Assembly (NCBI GenBank): GCA_963716725.1
Contig: CAVQUB010000013.1
Coordinates: 288,001 to 352,000, forward strand
Reading direction: 5' to 3'
Source of the DNA: an uncultured delta proteobacterium
GTDB taxonomy: Bacteria; Myxococcota_A; Polyangia; Polyangiales; Polyangiaceae
Length of the DNA stretch: 64,000 bases
The notes under the pieces: generated by a model
Told to the model about the DNA's origin: nothing
What the model saw: the letters and a program-made list of their open reading frames with translations, nothing else
Database searches by the model: none
Part shown: positions 10,303 through 19,900 of the stretch, in pieces
Numbering within the stretch: position 1 is the first letter of the stretch
Layout: every line of letters starts with the position of its first letter
Program-made: the position numbers and the translations under genes

Positions 10303-10875
10303 CTACTTCGCGAGCTCGACCCAGGCGACGCCGCGCAAATCGCCCTCGGCAAAGCCCGTGGCCTGATCCTTTGGGTAGCGTTCGCCGAGCTTCTGTTTCA
10401 CGTCCGCCGGGATCCCCTGCGCAGGCCCGTGACAGCTGACGCACAGCGCTTGGGTGGGCAGCGGCTCGACCACGCCGAGCTTTGCGCCTAGGTCGTAGAC
10501 GGCGGGTTTCACGTCCTTGGCGGGTTTGCCCGCCGCCTCGTCCAAGTAGGCCTTCACCCAGGGTCGGGGCGCGTTCTTCTCGTTGCGCAGCCCGCGGCTC
10601 GACCGGCCGATTTCGATGCCGTTCTTCCTGGCAAGGTCGCTCGTGAGTTCGCCGGCCTCGCTGGCACACACCTCGATGCCGCTGGCGGGCCCGCCGCCCT
10701 TGATCGCCTCCTGAAGCCGGCCGCTCAGTGTCTTCTTCAGCTCGCCAATGGCGCCCCGAGCCTTGGTGACTCCGGCCTCGTGCTCCTGGGGCACCGGGTC
10801 GAGCCGCTTGGGACCGCCCTGGCAACCCAGAGCAGTGAGCGCGACGAGAAGGGCGAATGGGCTACGAAACCGCAT
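10303..10875 (-). CDS. DUF3365/Tll0287-like mono-heme c lipoprotein
   Basis: Lipobox LTALGC; GG...IEVC, R.S..LRN..NAP..W, CVSCHG, YP.DQATGF.EGDLRG. Confidence 0.85.
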   Translation of the reverse strand: MRFRSPFALLVALTALGCQGGPKRLDPVPQEHEAGVTKARGAIGELKKTLSGRLQEAIKGGGPASGIEVCASEAGELTSDLARKNGIEIGRSSRGLRNEKNAPRPWVKAYLDEAAGKPAKDVKPAVYDLGAKLGVVEPLPTQALCVSCHGPAQGIPADVKQKLGERYPKDQATGFAEGDLRGVAWVELAK

Positions 10876-10950
10876 GGCATTCGGTGAGAGCCGCGGCTGC
10901 CCGAAATGGGTTCGTCCGCTGTCTCGCCGTCCCAGCGCAGCTGCCTGAGT

Positions 10951-11946
10951 TCACTCCGCGTCTCGCGCGCAGCGAAACCCGGCCACCAGGATTTTCCACG
11001 TTCCCGGGTGATGTACCCGGTTGGTCGAACGCAGGCCCTTGGCGTTGTAGTTGAACGCTCCACCGCGCAGTACTCGCTCGCACTCGGTCGGGATGGGGTT
11101 GCTACCGGTGTAGCCTTGGAGTTTCTTCTTGCGGAGTTCATCCTGGCTCGCGAGGATTTCCTCGCAGGTCCCCGGCACACCGCGATCTGCGCTCGAGCGT
11201 TTGTAAGCGTAAGGATCGTAGGGGTCCGCGAGCCACTCCCAGACGTTGCCCGCAAGATCGTGGTGGCCATAAGGCCCCGCGTCGTCGGGAAACGAGCCCA
11301 CCTCAGCTGTCGCTCCGCCCTGGCAGCCTTGAAAGCACCCGTGCTTCTTCGGATCGGGGAAAGCGTTGCCCCAGGGGTACTTCCTGGCGTCGTCGCCCCG
11401 CGCGGCCCGCTCCCACTCCGCCTCGGTGGGCAATCGCTTCTTCTGCCATTCGCAATACGCCTTGGCGTCGTGCCACGACACGCCGACGACGGGCTTCTTG
11501 GCGCCGCGGAACTCCTTCTCGGAGCCGTACTTCATGGCCTTGGCCGCGTCGGCCTTCCATGGCGGGCAGATCTTGGCGTTCACGCACTCGAGATACTGTC
11601 CGTTGGTGACCTCGACTTGATCCAGGAAGTACGCCTTCAACGTGACCTGATGCGCTGGCTTCTCGTCCTCTTCGCCCTCGTCGCTCGAGCCCATCGTGAA
11701 GGTGCCCGCGGGGACGGGCAGCATGCCCGGGGGCGGCGCAGCGGAAGGAGGAGGCGCCGCCGTTGGTGCCGGCGTTGGAACCAGGGCGCTCGTGACGGTC
11801 GGTGGCGTGCGTGGCTTGGTATTCTGCCGCTTCGCGACCGGTGGTGCGCGCTCGGCCTTCGCGGCGGGAGGCGGCGCCTGTGACGCACCGTTGCAGGCAA
11901 CGATGAGGCAGCTGCCGAACACCGAAGCGAATCGTTCGCGTATCAC
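10951..11946 (-). CDS. FGE/SUMF1-family (formylglycine-generating-enzyme fold) lipoprotein
   Basis: VPAGTFTMGS, EVTN.QY, PVVGVSW.DA..YC.W..KRLPTEAEWE.AARG, DLAGNVWEW, VLRGG, GFRCA; GTG start chosen before lipobox LIVAC. Confidence 0.9.
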   Translation of the reverse strand: MIRERFASVFGSCLIVACNGASQAPPPAAKAERAPPVAKRQNTKPRTPPTVTSALVPTPAPTAAPPPSAAPPPGMLPVPAGTFTMGSSDEGEEDEKPAHQVTLKAYFLDQVEVTNGQYLECVNAKICPPWKADAAKAMKYGSEKEFRGAKKPVVGVSWHDAKAYCEWQKKRLPTEAEWERAARGDDARKYPWGNAFPDPKKHGCFQGCQGGATAEVGSFPDDAGPYGHHDLAGNVWEWLADPYDPYAYKRSSADRGVPGTCEEILASQDELRKKKLQGYTGSNPIPTECERVLRGGAFNYNAKGLRSTNRVHHPGTWKILVAGFRCARDAE

Positions 11947-12019
11947 CGCGCCCAGATCTACTTGAGGCCTGCGGCGAGTGCCAAGAACATGACCACCCGA
12001 TCCGCTCGTCCCCCGGAGC

Positions 12020-14065
12020 TCACGGTTTCGGGTAGACGAAGGGGGCGCGGCCTGCCGGCGGCGTGCAGCCGTCCGTGCACGAGGGAGGAGTCGTGCTCGA
12101 GGTCCAACAAGGCGGCTGATAGCTGGTGCCGGGGTCGTCATAGCAAACCCGCAACGGCCGCGAGATCCCCGTATTTCCGACTTTGTCCTTGGCCACCGCC
12201 GCCAGGCAGAGCCAACCTTCTTTCTGCGTGGCCTGGGCGAGCTGAGATGAGAGCTCCCAGCCGGTACCCGTGCACTCGAGGCCCGTCATCTGCCCGATGC
12301 CGTACACCACGGGCTCGACGCCTGCCATCGTGTGCCCGACCACGACGTTCATGTCGGATGCGTTGTTGGTGCAGAGCGTCGCAGGCGGCTGGGGTTCAAC
12401 CCCCAGAACGCAATATCCCGACGGAAGGGCCGGAGCGGTCGAGGCACCGGTGTTCGGGTAGAAGGCGCTGCCTGCAGGGCTGACCGGGTTCAGCTGCAGG
12501 TTGGGGATCGCCTTGCCGCCGACGACGGTGTTCAGCGCGTCACACTCGGGATCCGCGTCGTTGTTGATCAGCAGCGGGACCGTGGGGCCGTCAGGCTGAA
12601 GGTACAGGTACACCGACGTGGGCTCTGTCTTTGCGTAGTAGAAGACCGTCTGCCCCGACACGGAGTTGGTCTGCTCCCACACCATGGCGCGGAAGTGCTT
12701 GAACGGGGTGACCTTGCCCTGGTCACTCGCGGCATACGTACCGAGCGGGTCAAAGGACTCGGAGCAGAGAATCCGGCGGGCCCTTCTTGCTGAGCCTCAC
12801 GTTGCCCGGGTCCAAGTCGACCACCGGGGGCTGATTGTCCAAATACAAGAGCACCGAGGCTCCGGACGACTTGTTCCCGGCCTTGTCGATGGCCGTCACG
12901 TTCACCGTGACCTGCACCTTCGAGCCCGCCACGTTGGCGCTGTCGAAGGTGAAGGTGTAGTCGTCCGCGGTGTTCGACCACTGCGTCGTCGCCGCGTACA
13001 GGTTCTGCACCTGGTTCAGCTCGACGTTGATGGTCTTCTGATCGACCCCGCTCCCGGTATCGACGACGGAGAAGGCGAGCGGGACCTTGCCCCCGATGAT
13101 GTCCTGGTTTTTCGGGCTCTTGATGGTGATGACCGGACCCTGCCCGTCGAGCGTGAAGTTGTAGCTCTTGAGGGCCTTGGCGGCGGTCGGAGTCCGCTTG
13201 TTCGTGCCTTCGATCACCACAGGGATGGATCCCGAGGGCACCTGCGGGAACAAGGTCTTGTCGTTGAAATCGATGGCGTTCTTGTAGCCGCCAGGCACCG
13301 AGACATCCGGAGTGGGGGTGATGTTCACGCCGTTGACCGTGAGCTTCACCGTATCGACGGCGCTCTCCGGATCGGTCGCGGCGAGCAATGCCGGGCTCAC
13401 CTTGAACACGAAGGGCACGACTCCCGTCAGCGGGTAAGCCGAACCGTCCGCCGGCGTGGTCACCGCGATGTTCGGGCCGTGATCGACAAAGGTCGCGAGG
13501 GTGTCCGCGCCCGTCTTGGGCGGGGTCGACGTGTCGCCCGCCATGCATCGGAAGGAGACCTTGCCGGTGGGAACCGTGCTGAGGACGAAGGACGCTTTGT
13601 ACTCGTTGAGGTTCGTGGTCGGTGTGCCCGGAAACTCGTCGACGACCGCCTGAGAGGCGTTCAAGACCGCGATCTTCACCGTCGTCAGGATCGACCGGGA
13701 GAGCCCCCGCCAGCGTGGACTTCTCTGCCGTGCATCGCGCCTCGAGTTGAGCTCCCACGATGACTTTGTCGTTGGTCGGATCAGTGGCGGCGTCCGGGGA
13801 GATCACCTTGACGGTCGGCGCGCCGGGAACGTTGACTCCGCCATCGCCGCCGCCGGTGCCGCCAATTCCGGCGGTTCCCCCCGCCGCCGCCGCTACCCCC
13901 TTTGCCGCCAGTGGCTCCCGTGCCGGCTTCGGCGCCGCCGCTGCCACCTCCGCCAGAACTCTGCGGGAGGTTTCCGGCGCGGTCCTCGCCTCCGCAGGAA
14001 ACCAAGACGTACGAGGTGACCCCGATCGACGCCAAGCCCAAGAGCAGCGCGCGCATATTGGCCAT
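12020..14065 (-). CDS. large lipoprotein with Gly linker and Ig-like domains (frameshifts near 12770 and 13700-13900)
   Basis: Signal peptide/lipobox VLVSC in 13781-14074; Ig-like repeats (GP.I....P....I.G, A.DKAGN, A.DKVGN) in 12750-13679 and 12020-12685; fragments are collinear. Confidence 0.65.
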
Positions 14066-14192
14066 GTGAAGCACTCCCTGATCGCGAAGGGTACCTCAGC
14101 ACGCCGGGGGGCGCGATACCCCGGCGCTCCCACCTGCCGAGGGTCTCCGCTCACCGCGATTCGCCGCGGGGGGCGATTTGCAGCCGAGACGG

Positions 14193-15152
14193 CTACGGCT
14201 GCGACCCGAGCCAGCGCAGCGTCGCCCCGAGCCCTTGCTCCAGGCTGGTACTCGGGCGAAAGCCCAGCAGGTTCGCGATCTTTTCGACGCTGCCGACGCG
14301 GCTCGAGCCGTGGGTCCAGTCCGCGGGCCCAGCTTCGATCGGAACCTCTCGCCCCGAGACGCGCACCATGGAAGCGACCAGCTCCCTGACCGGGGTCGCG
14401 ACCCCCGAGCCGACGTTGAAGAGTTCGCCCGAGAGCGGGGCCTCCAGCGCGCGGCAGGTGGCCTCGACGGCGTCGTCGACATAGATGTAGTCGAGGGCTT
14501 GCAGGCCGTCGCCGTTGACGATCGGCGACTCGCCGTCGCGGAGGCGCTCGAGGCTCTTCACGATCACGCTCTTGTACCCGGTGCCCGCGAACTGCCGAGG
14601 CCCGTACACGAAGAAGTAACGCAGGTTGATCCAGTCCGCCTGGTGCTGCCTGGCAAAGAACGCCGTGAGGTGCTCACCGGTCAGCTTGCTGATGCCATAG
14701 ACAGTGCTCGGCTGGGGCTGCTCGCTCTCGAGCATCGGCGGCCCAGAGAGCCGCCCGTAGGCGTAGAGCGACGAGGTGAACACGATCTTGCGCACGCCGG
14801 CGCGACCCGCCGCGCCCAGCAGCGCCGCGGTGCCCTCGACGTTGGCCCGGAGGACGCGCGTCGGGGCGTCCTTGGACTGGTTGTGCTTCTCGGCCGCGAG
14901 GTGGAACAGGAAGTCCGCCCCAGCGCAGGCGCCATCGAGCTCGCTCGCCTCACCGAAGCCCAGGTCGTGTTGCACGACCTCGACGGGCAAGCCGGCCGCC
15001 AGGTTCTCGGGCTTTCCGTAGCGCAGGCTGTCGATGACCACGATGCGTCGGGCGCCGCGCGCGGCGAGGGCGCTCACGAGGTGAGAGCCGATGAAGCCGC
15101 AGCCACCGGTGACCACGACGGTCGCGCCGTCAATGTTGTGAGTTCGAGACAT
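14193..15152 (-). CDS. NAD-dependent epimerase/dehydratase (extended SDR)
   Basis: VTGGCGFIGSHL, HLAA, YGISK (YxxxK), LRYF.VYGP, GDG.Q..DYIYVDD. Confidence 0.93.
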   Translation of the reverse strand: MSRTHNIDGATVVVTGGCGFIGSHLVSALAARGARRIVVIDSLRYGKPENLAAGLPVEVVQHDLGFGEASELDGACAGADFLFHLAAEKHNQSKDAPTRVLRANVEGTAALLGAAGRAGVRKIVFTSSLYAYGRLSGPPMLESEQPQPSTVYGISKLTGEHLTAFFARQHQADWINLRYFFVYGPRQFAGTGYKSVIVKSLERLRDGESPIVNGDGLQALDYIYVDDAVEATCRALEAPLSGELFNVGSGVATPVRELVASMVRVSGREVPIEAGPADWTHGSSRVGSVEKIANLLGFRPSTSLEQGLGATLRWLGSQP

Positions 15153-15229
15153 CGCGCACAGCCTAATACACAGAGGCGACTCCGCGACGGCTGGAATGGC
15201 CGGAGCGTGTTAGGGTCCCGGGCCCCGCG

Positions 15230-16843
15230 ATGGTCGCGCGCACGCGAATCGAGCGACTCCAGAAGCTCCGCAGCAGCCTCCGCGAGAGGCCACTCGGCTG
15301 GCTGTGCGCCCTGGTGGCCCTGGCGGCCTCGGCCTACGTCATCGGCTACCCCTTCGCGGTGGTCCGGTACCCGCCAATCACGGATCTGCCCTTCCACGCC
15401 AGCGACATCTCCATCTTCCGGCACTACTGGGACCCGTCCTTCGGCTTCGACCGCCAGTTCACGCTCCAGCCCTTCAAGGTCCCGTACATGTCGATGTACG
15501 CAGTCGGCGCGCTCTTGGCCCTGGTGCTGCCCATGCATGTCGCGGTCAAGGGCGCCGTGGTCGTCACGCTCGCTCTCTTGCCCGCCGGGCTCGCAGTGCT
15601 CTTCCACGGCATGAAGAAGAGCCCGCTCTGGGGCCTCTTGGGTCTGTCTGCGGTGTGGATGCACCTCACGCACTGGGGGTTCATCAACTTCGTCGGCGCC
15701 ATCGGTCTGTTCGCGATGTGCGTCGGACTGACTCTCCTGATCGTGGATCGCCCCACCCGCGGCCGTCAGATCGGGCTCGCCGTCTGCCTGATCGCCGTGT
15801 TCTTCTCGCACCTGTTTCGCTACCCCTTCGCGCTGATGGCGGTCGTGGGCAGCGCCGTGCTGGTGTGGCCCGCTACGCGGCGGCTCTGGCCGGCCATCTG
15901 GCCCACGCTTCCCAGCGTCGGCGTATACGCGCTGTGGCACTTCCACCCGGGAAGGACCCAGGCCGACGTGGGCGCGCATTTGGCGTGGACCCCGGCCAGG
16001 CTGAGCGAAATTCGGGGCTACTTGGTGGACGGCTTCGCCGGCGCGGCGGGCGTCGAAGAGAAGCTGCTCTTCAACCACTTTCTGGACCTGGCGCTCGTGC
16101 TCGGCCTGTCCTGCGCGGTGTGGTTCGTGGTCCAAGGCCGGGCTCGAAACCGATCGTTCCGCGAGTGGTGGTGGGGCGCGTCGGTGACGCTGCTGCCGGT
16201 GCTGCTCGCCGGTGGGTTCGTGTTTGCGTTCCTGATGTTGCCGATGCGAATTGGGCTGTGGTGGTACGTGTACCCGCGCGAGGTCACGCCCGCGCTCTAC
16301 ATCCTCTTGGCAGTGGTCCCCGACATGCCGCGCTCGGCGTGGGTTCGGCTCGCCCTGGTGACGGCCCTAGGTCTGTCGGCCGGGCGCATCGGCTACCACG
16401 TCGCGCGGCAGTATCACGCGTTCGATCAGAACACGCGGGACTTCCAAGAGGTCGTCCAGCACATCCCACGCGCACCCAAGCTCTTGTATCTGGTGTTCGC
16501 CCACGACGGCTCGACGCGGTCGATCACGCCCTACATTCACTTTCCGGCCTGGGTGCAGGCCGAGAAAGGCGGAGCTCTCTCGTTCCACTTTGCGGGATGG
16601 GACTACGCGCCGGCGGCCTATCGCGTCGGGAGCCCGGACGTCCCGCCCTCGGTCCCCGAGCGCTGGGAGTGGCAGCCGCACCTCTTCAACGTGCGGCAGC
16701 ATGGCGCATGGTTCGACTGGTTCTTGGTGCGACGCCACGATAGCCCCGAGGCGCTATTCAGCGCAGATCCCAGCGTTCGGCCCGTAGCGCAGCGCGGGAC
16801 CTGGTGGCTGTACCGCAGGGCCGAATCCAGCTCGGCGCCCTGA
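15230..16843 (+). CDS. polytopic membrane protein, possible GT-C-type glycosyltransferase
   Basis: About 10 hydrophobic segments, N-terminal loop PP.TDLP.H, WGFINF, soluble C-terminal domain; divergent from the epimerase. Confidence 0.55.
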   Translation: MVARTRIERLQKLRSSLRERPLGWLCALVALAASAYVIGYPFAVVRYPPITDLPFHASDISIFRHYWDPSFGFDRQFTLQPFKVPYMSMYAVGALLALVLPMHVAVKGAVVVTLALLPAGLAVLFHGMKKSPLWGLLGLSAVWMHLTHWGFINFVGAIGLFAMCVGLTLLIVDRPTRGRQIGLAVCLIAVFFSHLFRYPFALMAVVGSAVLVWPATRRLWPAIWPTLPSVGVYALWHFHPGRTQADVGAHLAWTPARLSEIRGYLVDGFAGAAGVEEKLLFNHFLDLALVLGLSCAVWFVVQGRARNRSFREWWWGASVTLLPVLLAGGFVFAFLMLPMRIGLWWYVYPREVTPALYILLAVVPDMPRSAWVRLALVTALGLSAGRIGYHVARQYHAFDQNTRDFQEVVQHIPRAPKLLYLVFAHDGSTRSITPYIHFPAWVQAEKGGALSFHFAGWDYAPAAYRVGSPDVPPSVPERWEWQPHLFNVRQHGAWFDWFLVRRHDSPEALFSADPSVRPVAQRGTWWLYRRAESSSAP

Positions 16844-16868
16844 CTGCCGATGGAGTACCCTTCGAGCG

Positions 16869-18341
16869 GTGCTCTCAGCCGGCAAGCGCATCCGCGACTA
16901 CGAGGTGTGGGGACGCCTCGGCGGCGGCGGCATGGGCGACGTCTGGCTCGCTCGACACGTCGTGCTCGGCACCCCGGTGATCATCAAAACGCTCAGGGCG
17001 GAGCTGGGTGGGTCGCCCCAAGAGCGGGCCGAGCGGGTGGTGACCGAGGCGCGATTGATGGCGCGGATCAACAGCCCGCACGTGGTGCGGGCGCTCGACG
17101 TCGGCTCGGCCGGAGAGGTTCCCTACGTCGTTCAGGAGTACATCGACGGCATCGACCTCAACGAGTTGGACCACGCGCGCCGGCAGGCCCTCGGCCTGGG
17201 CCTCCCGCTCTGGTTCGTATGTGATGCCGCCGCGCAGGTGGCCAAGGGACTGCGCGCGTCGCACCAGTACGGCGTCTTACACCGCGATCTGAAGCCCTCG
17301 AACCTGTTTGGCTCGGTGGACGGCACGGTCAAGCTCGGAGACTTTGGCGTGGCCGTGCCGACGCAGCTCTCCGAGAAGAGGCTGTGCGGCAGCGCTGGCA
17401 CGCTGCGCTTCATGGCTCCGGAAGCGTTGAAGCGCGAGGCTCTCGATCGTCGCTCGGACGTCTACGGCCTGGGCGCGACCATCTACGACCTGCGCTACGG
17501 CTCACCGCCCTTCCTCGACATTCACGAAATCCTCGACACGCCCGACGAGGCCCGATTCCCCCCCGCCCAGAGCGCCTCGGAGGCTTCCTTTCAGTACGTG
17601 GTCGCGAAGATGCTCGCGAAGGACCGGAATCACCGCTACTCGGATCTGTCCGAACCCGATCGTGCCTTGGCGGCGCTCGCGGAGACGACCCGTCGTTCGC
17701 TCCGGGCCATGAAGGTGAAGGACGGAGCGATAGCGCTCGACCGGCTGCAGGTCGTCACCGAGGCCTCCGACATCGCCCAGGCCTCGGTCGATGCCATCGT
17801 CAACTCAGCCAACTGGCAGCTCTCGATGCGGACTGGCGTGGGGGAATCCCTGCGTCGCGCTGGCGGTGACGAGATCGAAGACGAGGCGATCAGCCACGGC
17901 GAGCAGCCTCTGGGCGCCTGCGTTGCCACCGGTCCCGGTCGGCTGCACTGCCGGCGCGTGCTGCACGCGGTCAGTGCCTGGGAAGAGGCCTCGTGCGTGG
18001 GGCGCGCCATGCAACGCGTGCTGCTCGTCGCCGAGCGGTTGGGTCTGCGACGCCTGGCAATGCCCGCGCTGGGAACCGGTGCGGCGCGGGTCACGCTCGA
18101 GGTTGCCGCGCAGGCGCAGGCCTCGGCGCTGCGCTGGCATCTCTCCCTCGGCGGCTCCCGCATCGAAGAAGTCCGCTTCATTCTCTACGACGACGCTAAA
18201 CTGCGAATCTTTCGCGACGTGCTCGAGAGCGAGCTCTTCGGTCAGCACGGCGACTCGGTGCTCGACTCGGGTCTGGCCGGCCAGGACCGCGACACGGCCG
18301 ACGCCACCGCCCCCACCATGGTGGACCCGCGCAAGACCTGA
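16869..18341 (+). CDS. Ser/Thr protein kinase fused to C-terminal macrodomain
   Basis: GGGGMGDVW, VIIK, HRDLKPSN, DFG, GTLRFMAPE; then DIAQASVDAIVNSAN..L.M..GVG..L...GG, G..V.TG.GRL....VLHAV, LAMPALGTG. Confidence 0.9.
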   Translation: MLSAGKRIRDYEVWGRLGGGGMGDVWLARHVVLGTPVIIKTLRAELGGSPQERAERVVTEARLMARINSPHVVRALDVGSAGEVPYVVQEYIDGIDLNELDHARRQALGLGLPLWFVCDAAAQVAKGLRASHQYGVLHRDLKPSNLFGSVDGTVKLGDFGVAVPTQLSEKRLCGSAGTLRFMAPEALKREALDRRSDVYGLGATIYDLRYGSPPFLDIHEILDTPDEARFPPAQSASEASFQYVVAKMLAKDRNHRYSDLSEPDRALAALAETTRRSLRAMKVKDGAIALDRLQVVTEASDIAQASVDAIVNSANWQLSMRTGVGESLRRAGGDEIEDEAISHGEQPLGACVATGPGRLHCRRVLHAVSAWEEASCVGRAMQRVLLVAERLGLRRLAMPALGTGAARVTLEVAAQAQASALRWHLSLGGSRIEEVRFILYDDAKLRIFRDVLESELFGQHGDSVLDSGLAGQDRDTADATAPTMVDPRKT

Positions 18342-18345
18342 GGCG

Positions 18346-18855
18346 TCAGGGACCCCGCACCGACGGCGGCGGCTCGCTGCGACGCAGCGCCCGGAGCGCG
18401 GCCTTGGCCAGCGCCTTCACGGCCGGCATGGCGTTGGCTTCGGTCGGTTCGACGACCAAGACCGGCGCGACGCCGGTGAGCGACTGCCACTCCATGGCCA
18501 GCGCAGGGCCTCCGAATACCACCGCCGGCAAGACCACGCGCGCCGGCTGAAGCGCGCGACACAGCCGCTCGACCGCCGAGCTCGAGTAATGGGTGCCGGG
18601 CGTCAGGGCGTCGGTGAGCACCAACGCATCGAGCTGATGTGCGGCGCGATCGAGCGCTGGGCCCGCGCTCGCGTCTCCGGCCCAGGGATCGACCCCGAAG
18701 GTCTCGAAGCACATGCTGAGATCGAACTCGTGGACCCTACCCAGCGGCAGATCGTTGCCCGAGAGGTTCAGGGCGCGCACGAACTGGTCGCTCGCGCCGC
18801 CCATGACCACCACCCGTAGGCGCAGATCGCGCGCTGTCTCGTCGGAGCTGCTCAT
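18346..18855 (-). CDS. hypothetical protein, MglA/small-GTPase-like fold lacking P-loop
   Basis: Order of secondary-structure-like segments parallels MglA (see findings); ATG at 18855 chosen. Confidence 0.5.
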   Translation of the reverse strand: MSSSDETARDLRLRVVVMGGASDQFVRALNLSGNDLPLGRVHEFDLSMCFETFGVDPWAGDASAGPALDRAAHQLDALVLTDALTPGTHYSSSAVERLCRALQPARVVLPAVVFGGPALAMEWQSLTGVAPVLVVEPTEANAMPAVKALAKAALRALRRSEPPPSVRGP

Positions 18856-18950
18856 CTTGCCTGCGCGCAGCCTAGCATCCATCGGTCCGCGCAGCCTCGC
18901 GCGGGCCCCGGGTTCCCTGCGCCGTCGGGCTCTGCTACCCAAGCAGCACC

Positions 18951-19646
18951 ATGAGCACGCCCTTGGTCTCCTTCGAGCTCAGCGACGAAGTCGCCGTCGT
19001 CCGGATGGACGACGGCAAAGCGAACGCGCTCGGCCCCGAGATGCTCGACGCTCTCGACGCAGCCTTCGACCGCGCCGAACGCGAGGCCAAGGCCGTGGTG
19101 CTCACGGGCCGACCGGGCCGGTTCTGCGCCGGCTTCGATCTAAAGCACATGATGGCTGGTCCCGAGCGCGCTCGCGCATTGGTTGTCCGCGGCGCGGAGG
19201 TGCTCTTGCGTGCCTACGCGCATCCGCAACCCTTGGTGGTGGCCTGCACCGGTCATGCGCTGGCCGGCGGCGCCCTCGTGGTGCTCTGCGGAGACATGCG
19301 AATCGGCGCGGCTGGCGAATTCAAGATCGGCTTGAACGAGGTGGCCATCGGCTTGCCCCTGCCGATTCTGGCCATCGAGCTCGCTCGCGATCGACTCGAC
19401 CCGCGAAGGCTCACAGAAGCGACGCTGCTCGCTCGGCAGTACGACCCCGAAGCAGCGCGGGAGGCCGGGTACCTGGACGAAGTGGTCCCCGCCGAGCAAC
19501 TGATGGCGCGCGCGCTCGACGAGGCTCGGCGCTTGGCCCAGCTCGGCAGCTCGCCCTTCTCCGCCAGCAAGCGCGCGCTCCGGCGCGACAGCATCCGGCA
19601 CATTCGCGAGACTCTCGACGAGAACATCCGCGAGTTCGGCGGCTGA
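18951..19646 (+). CDS. enoyl-CoA hydratase/crotonase family protein
   Basis: MDDGKANAL, FCAGFDL, ACTGHALAGG, IGLNEVAIGL. Confidence 0.92.
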   Translation: MSTPLVSFELSDEVAVVRMDDGKANALGPEMLDALDAAFDRAEREAKAVVLTGRPGRFCAGFDLKHMMAGPERARALVVRGAEVLLRAYAHPQPLVVACTGHALAGGALVVLCGDMRIGAAGEFKIGLNEVAIGLPLPILAIELARDRLDPRRLTEATLLARQYDPEAAREAGYLDEVVPAEQLMARALDEARRLAQLGSSPFSASKRALRRDSIRHIRETLDENIREFGG

Positions 19647-19662
19647 AAAGGGGCCCCCGTCC

Positions 19663-19857
19663 GTGGCCAGCTCGGAATCGTCCCCGGCGACGGCGGTGTT
19701 GATCAGCGTCGTCGCGCTCTTCCTGGTGATCATCGTGCTCGCGTGGCCGGCCCCGCGGCTCTGCTACGAGGATTTGACGGGCACTCCCGCGGTATCCGAC
19801 GTCTGCAACCCCCTGGGGTGGGTGAAGCGCGCGGTGGCGCGAGTTTTGGGCGGCTAG
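19663..19857 (+). CDS. small single-TM protein
   Basis: 64 aa with one strong hydrophobic helix, fills the intergenic gap in the same orientation. Confidence 0.5.
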   Translation: MASSESSPATAVLISVVALFLVIIVLAWPAPRLCYEDLTGTPAVSDVCNPLGWVKRAVARVLGG

Positions 19858-19900
19858 TGCTACTCCGAGGCCCGAAAACCGTGCTATCCCCGGCCCGTCG

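Noticed and set aside
14102..14126. GC hairpin CGCCGGGG...CCCCGGCG as riboswitch or terminator
   Set aside because: No U-tract or recognisable aptamer; such stems arise easily at this GC content
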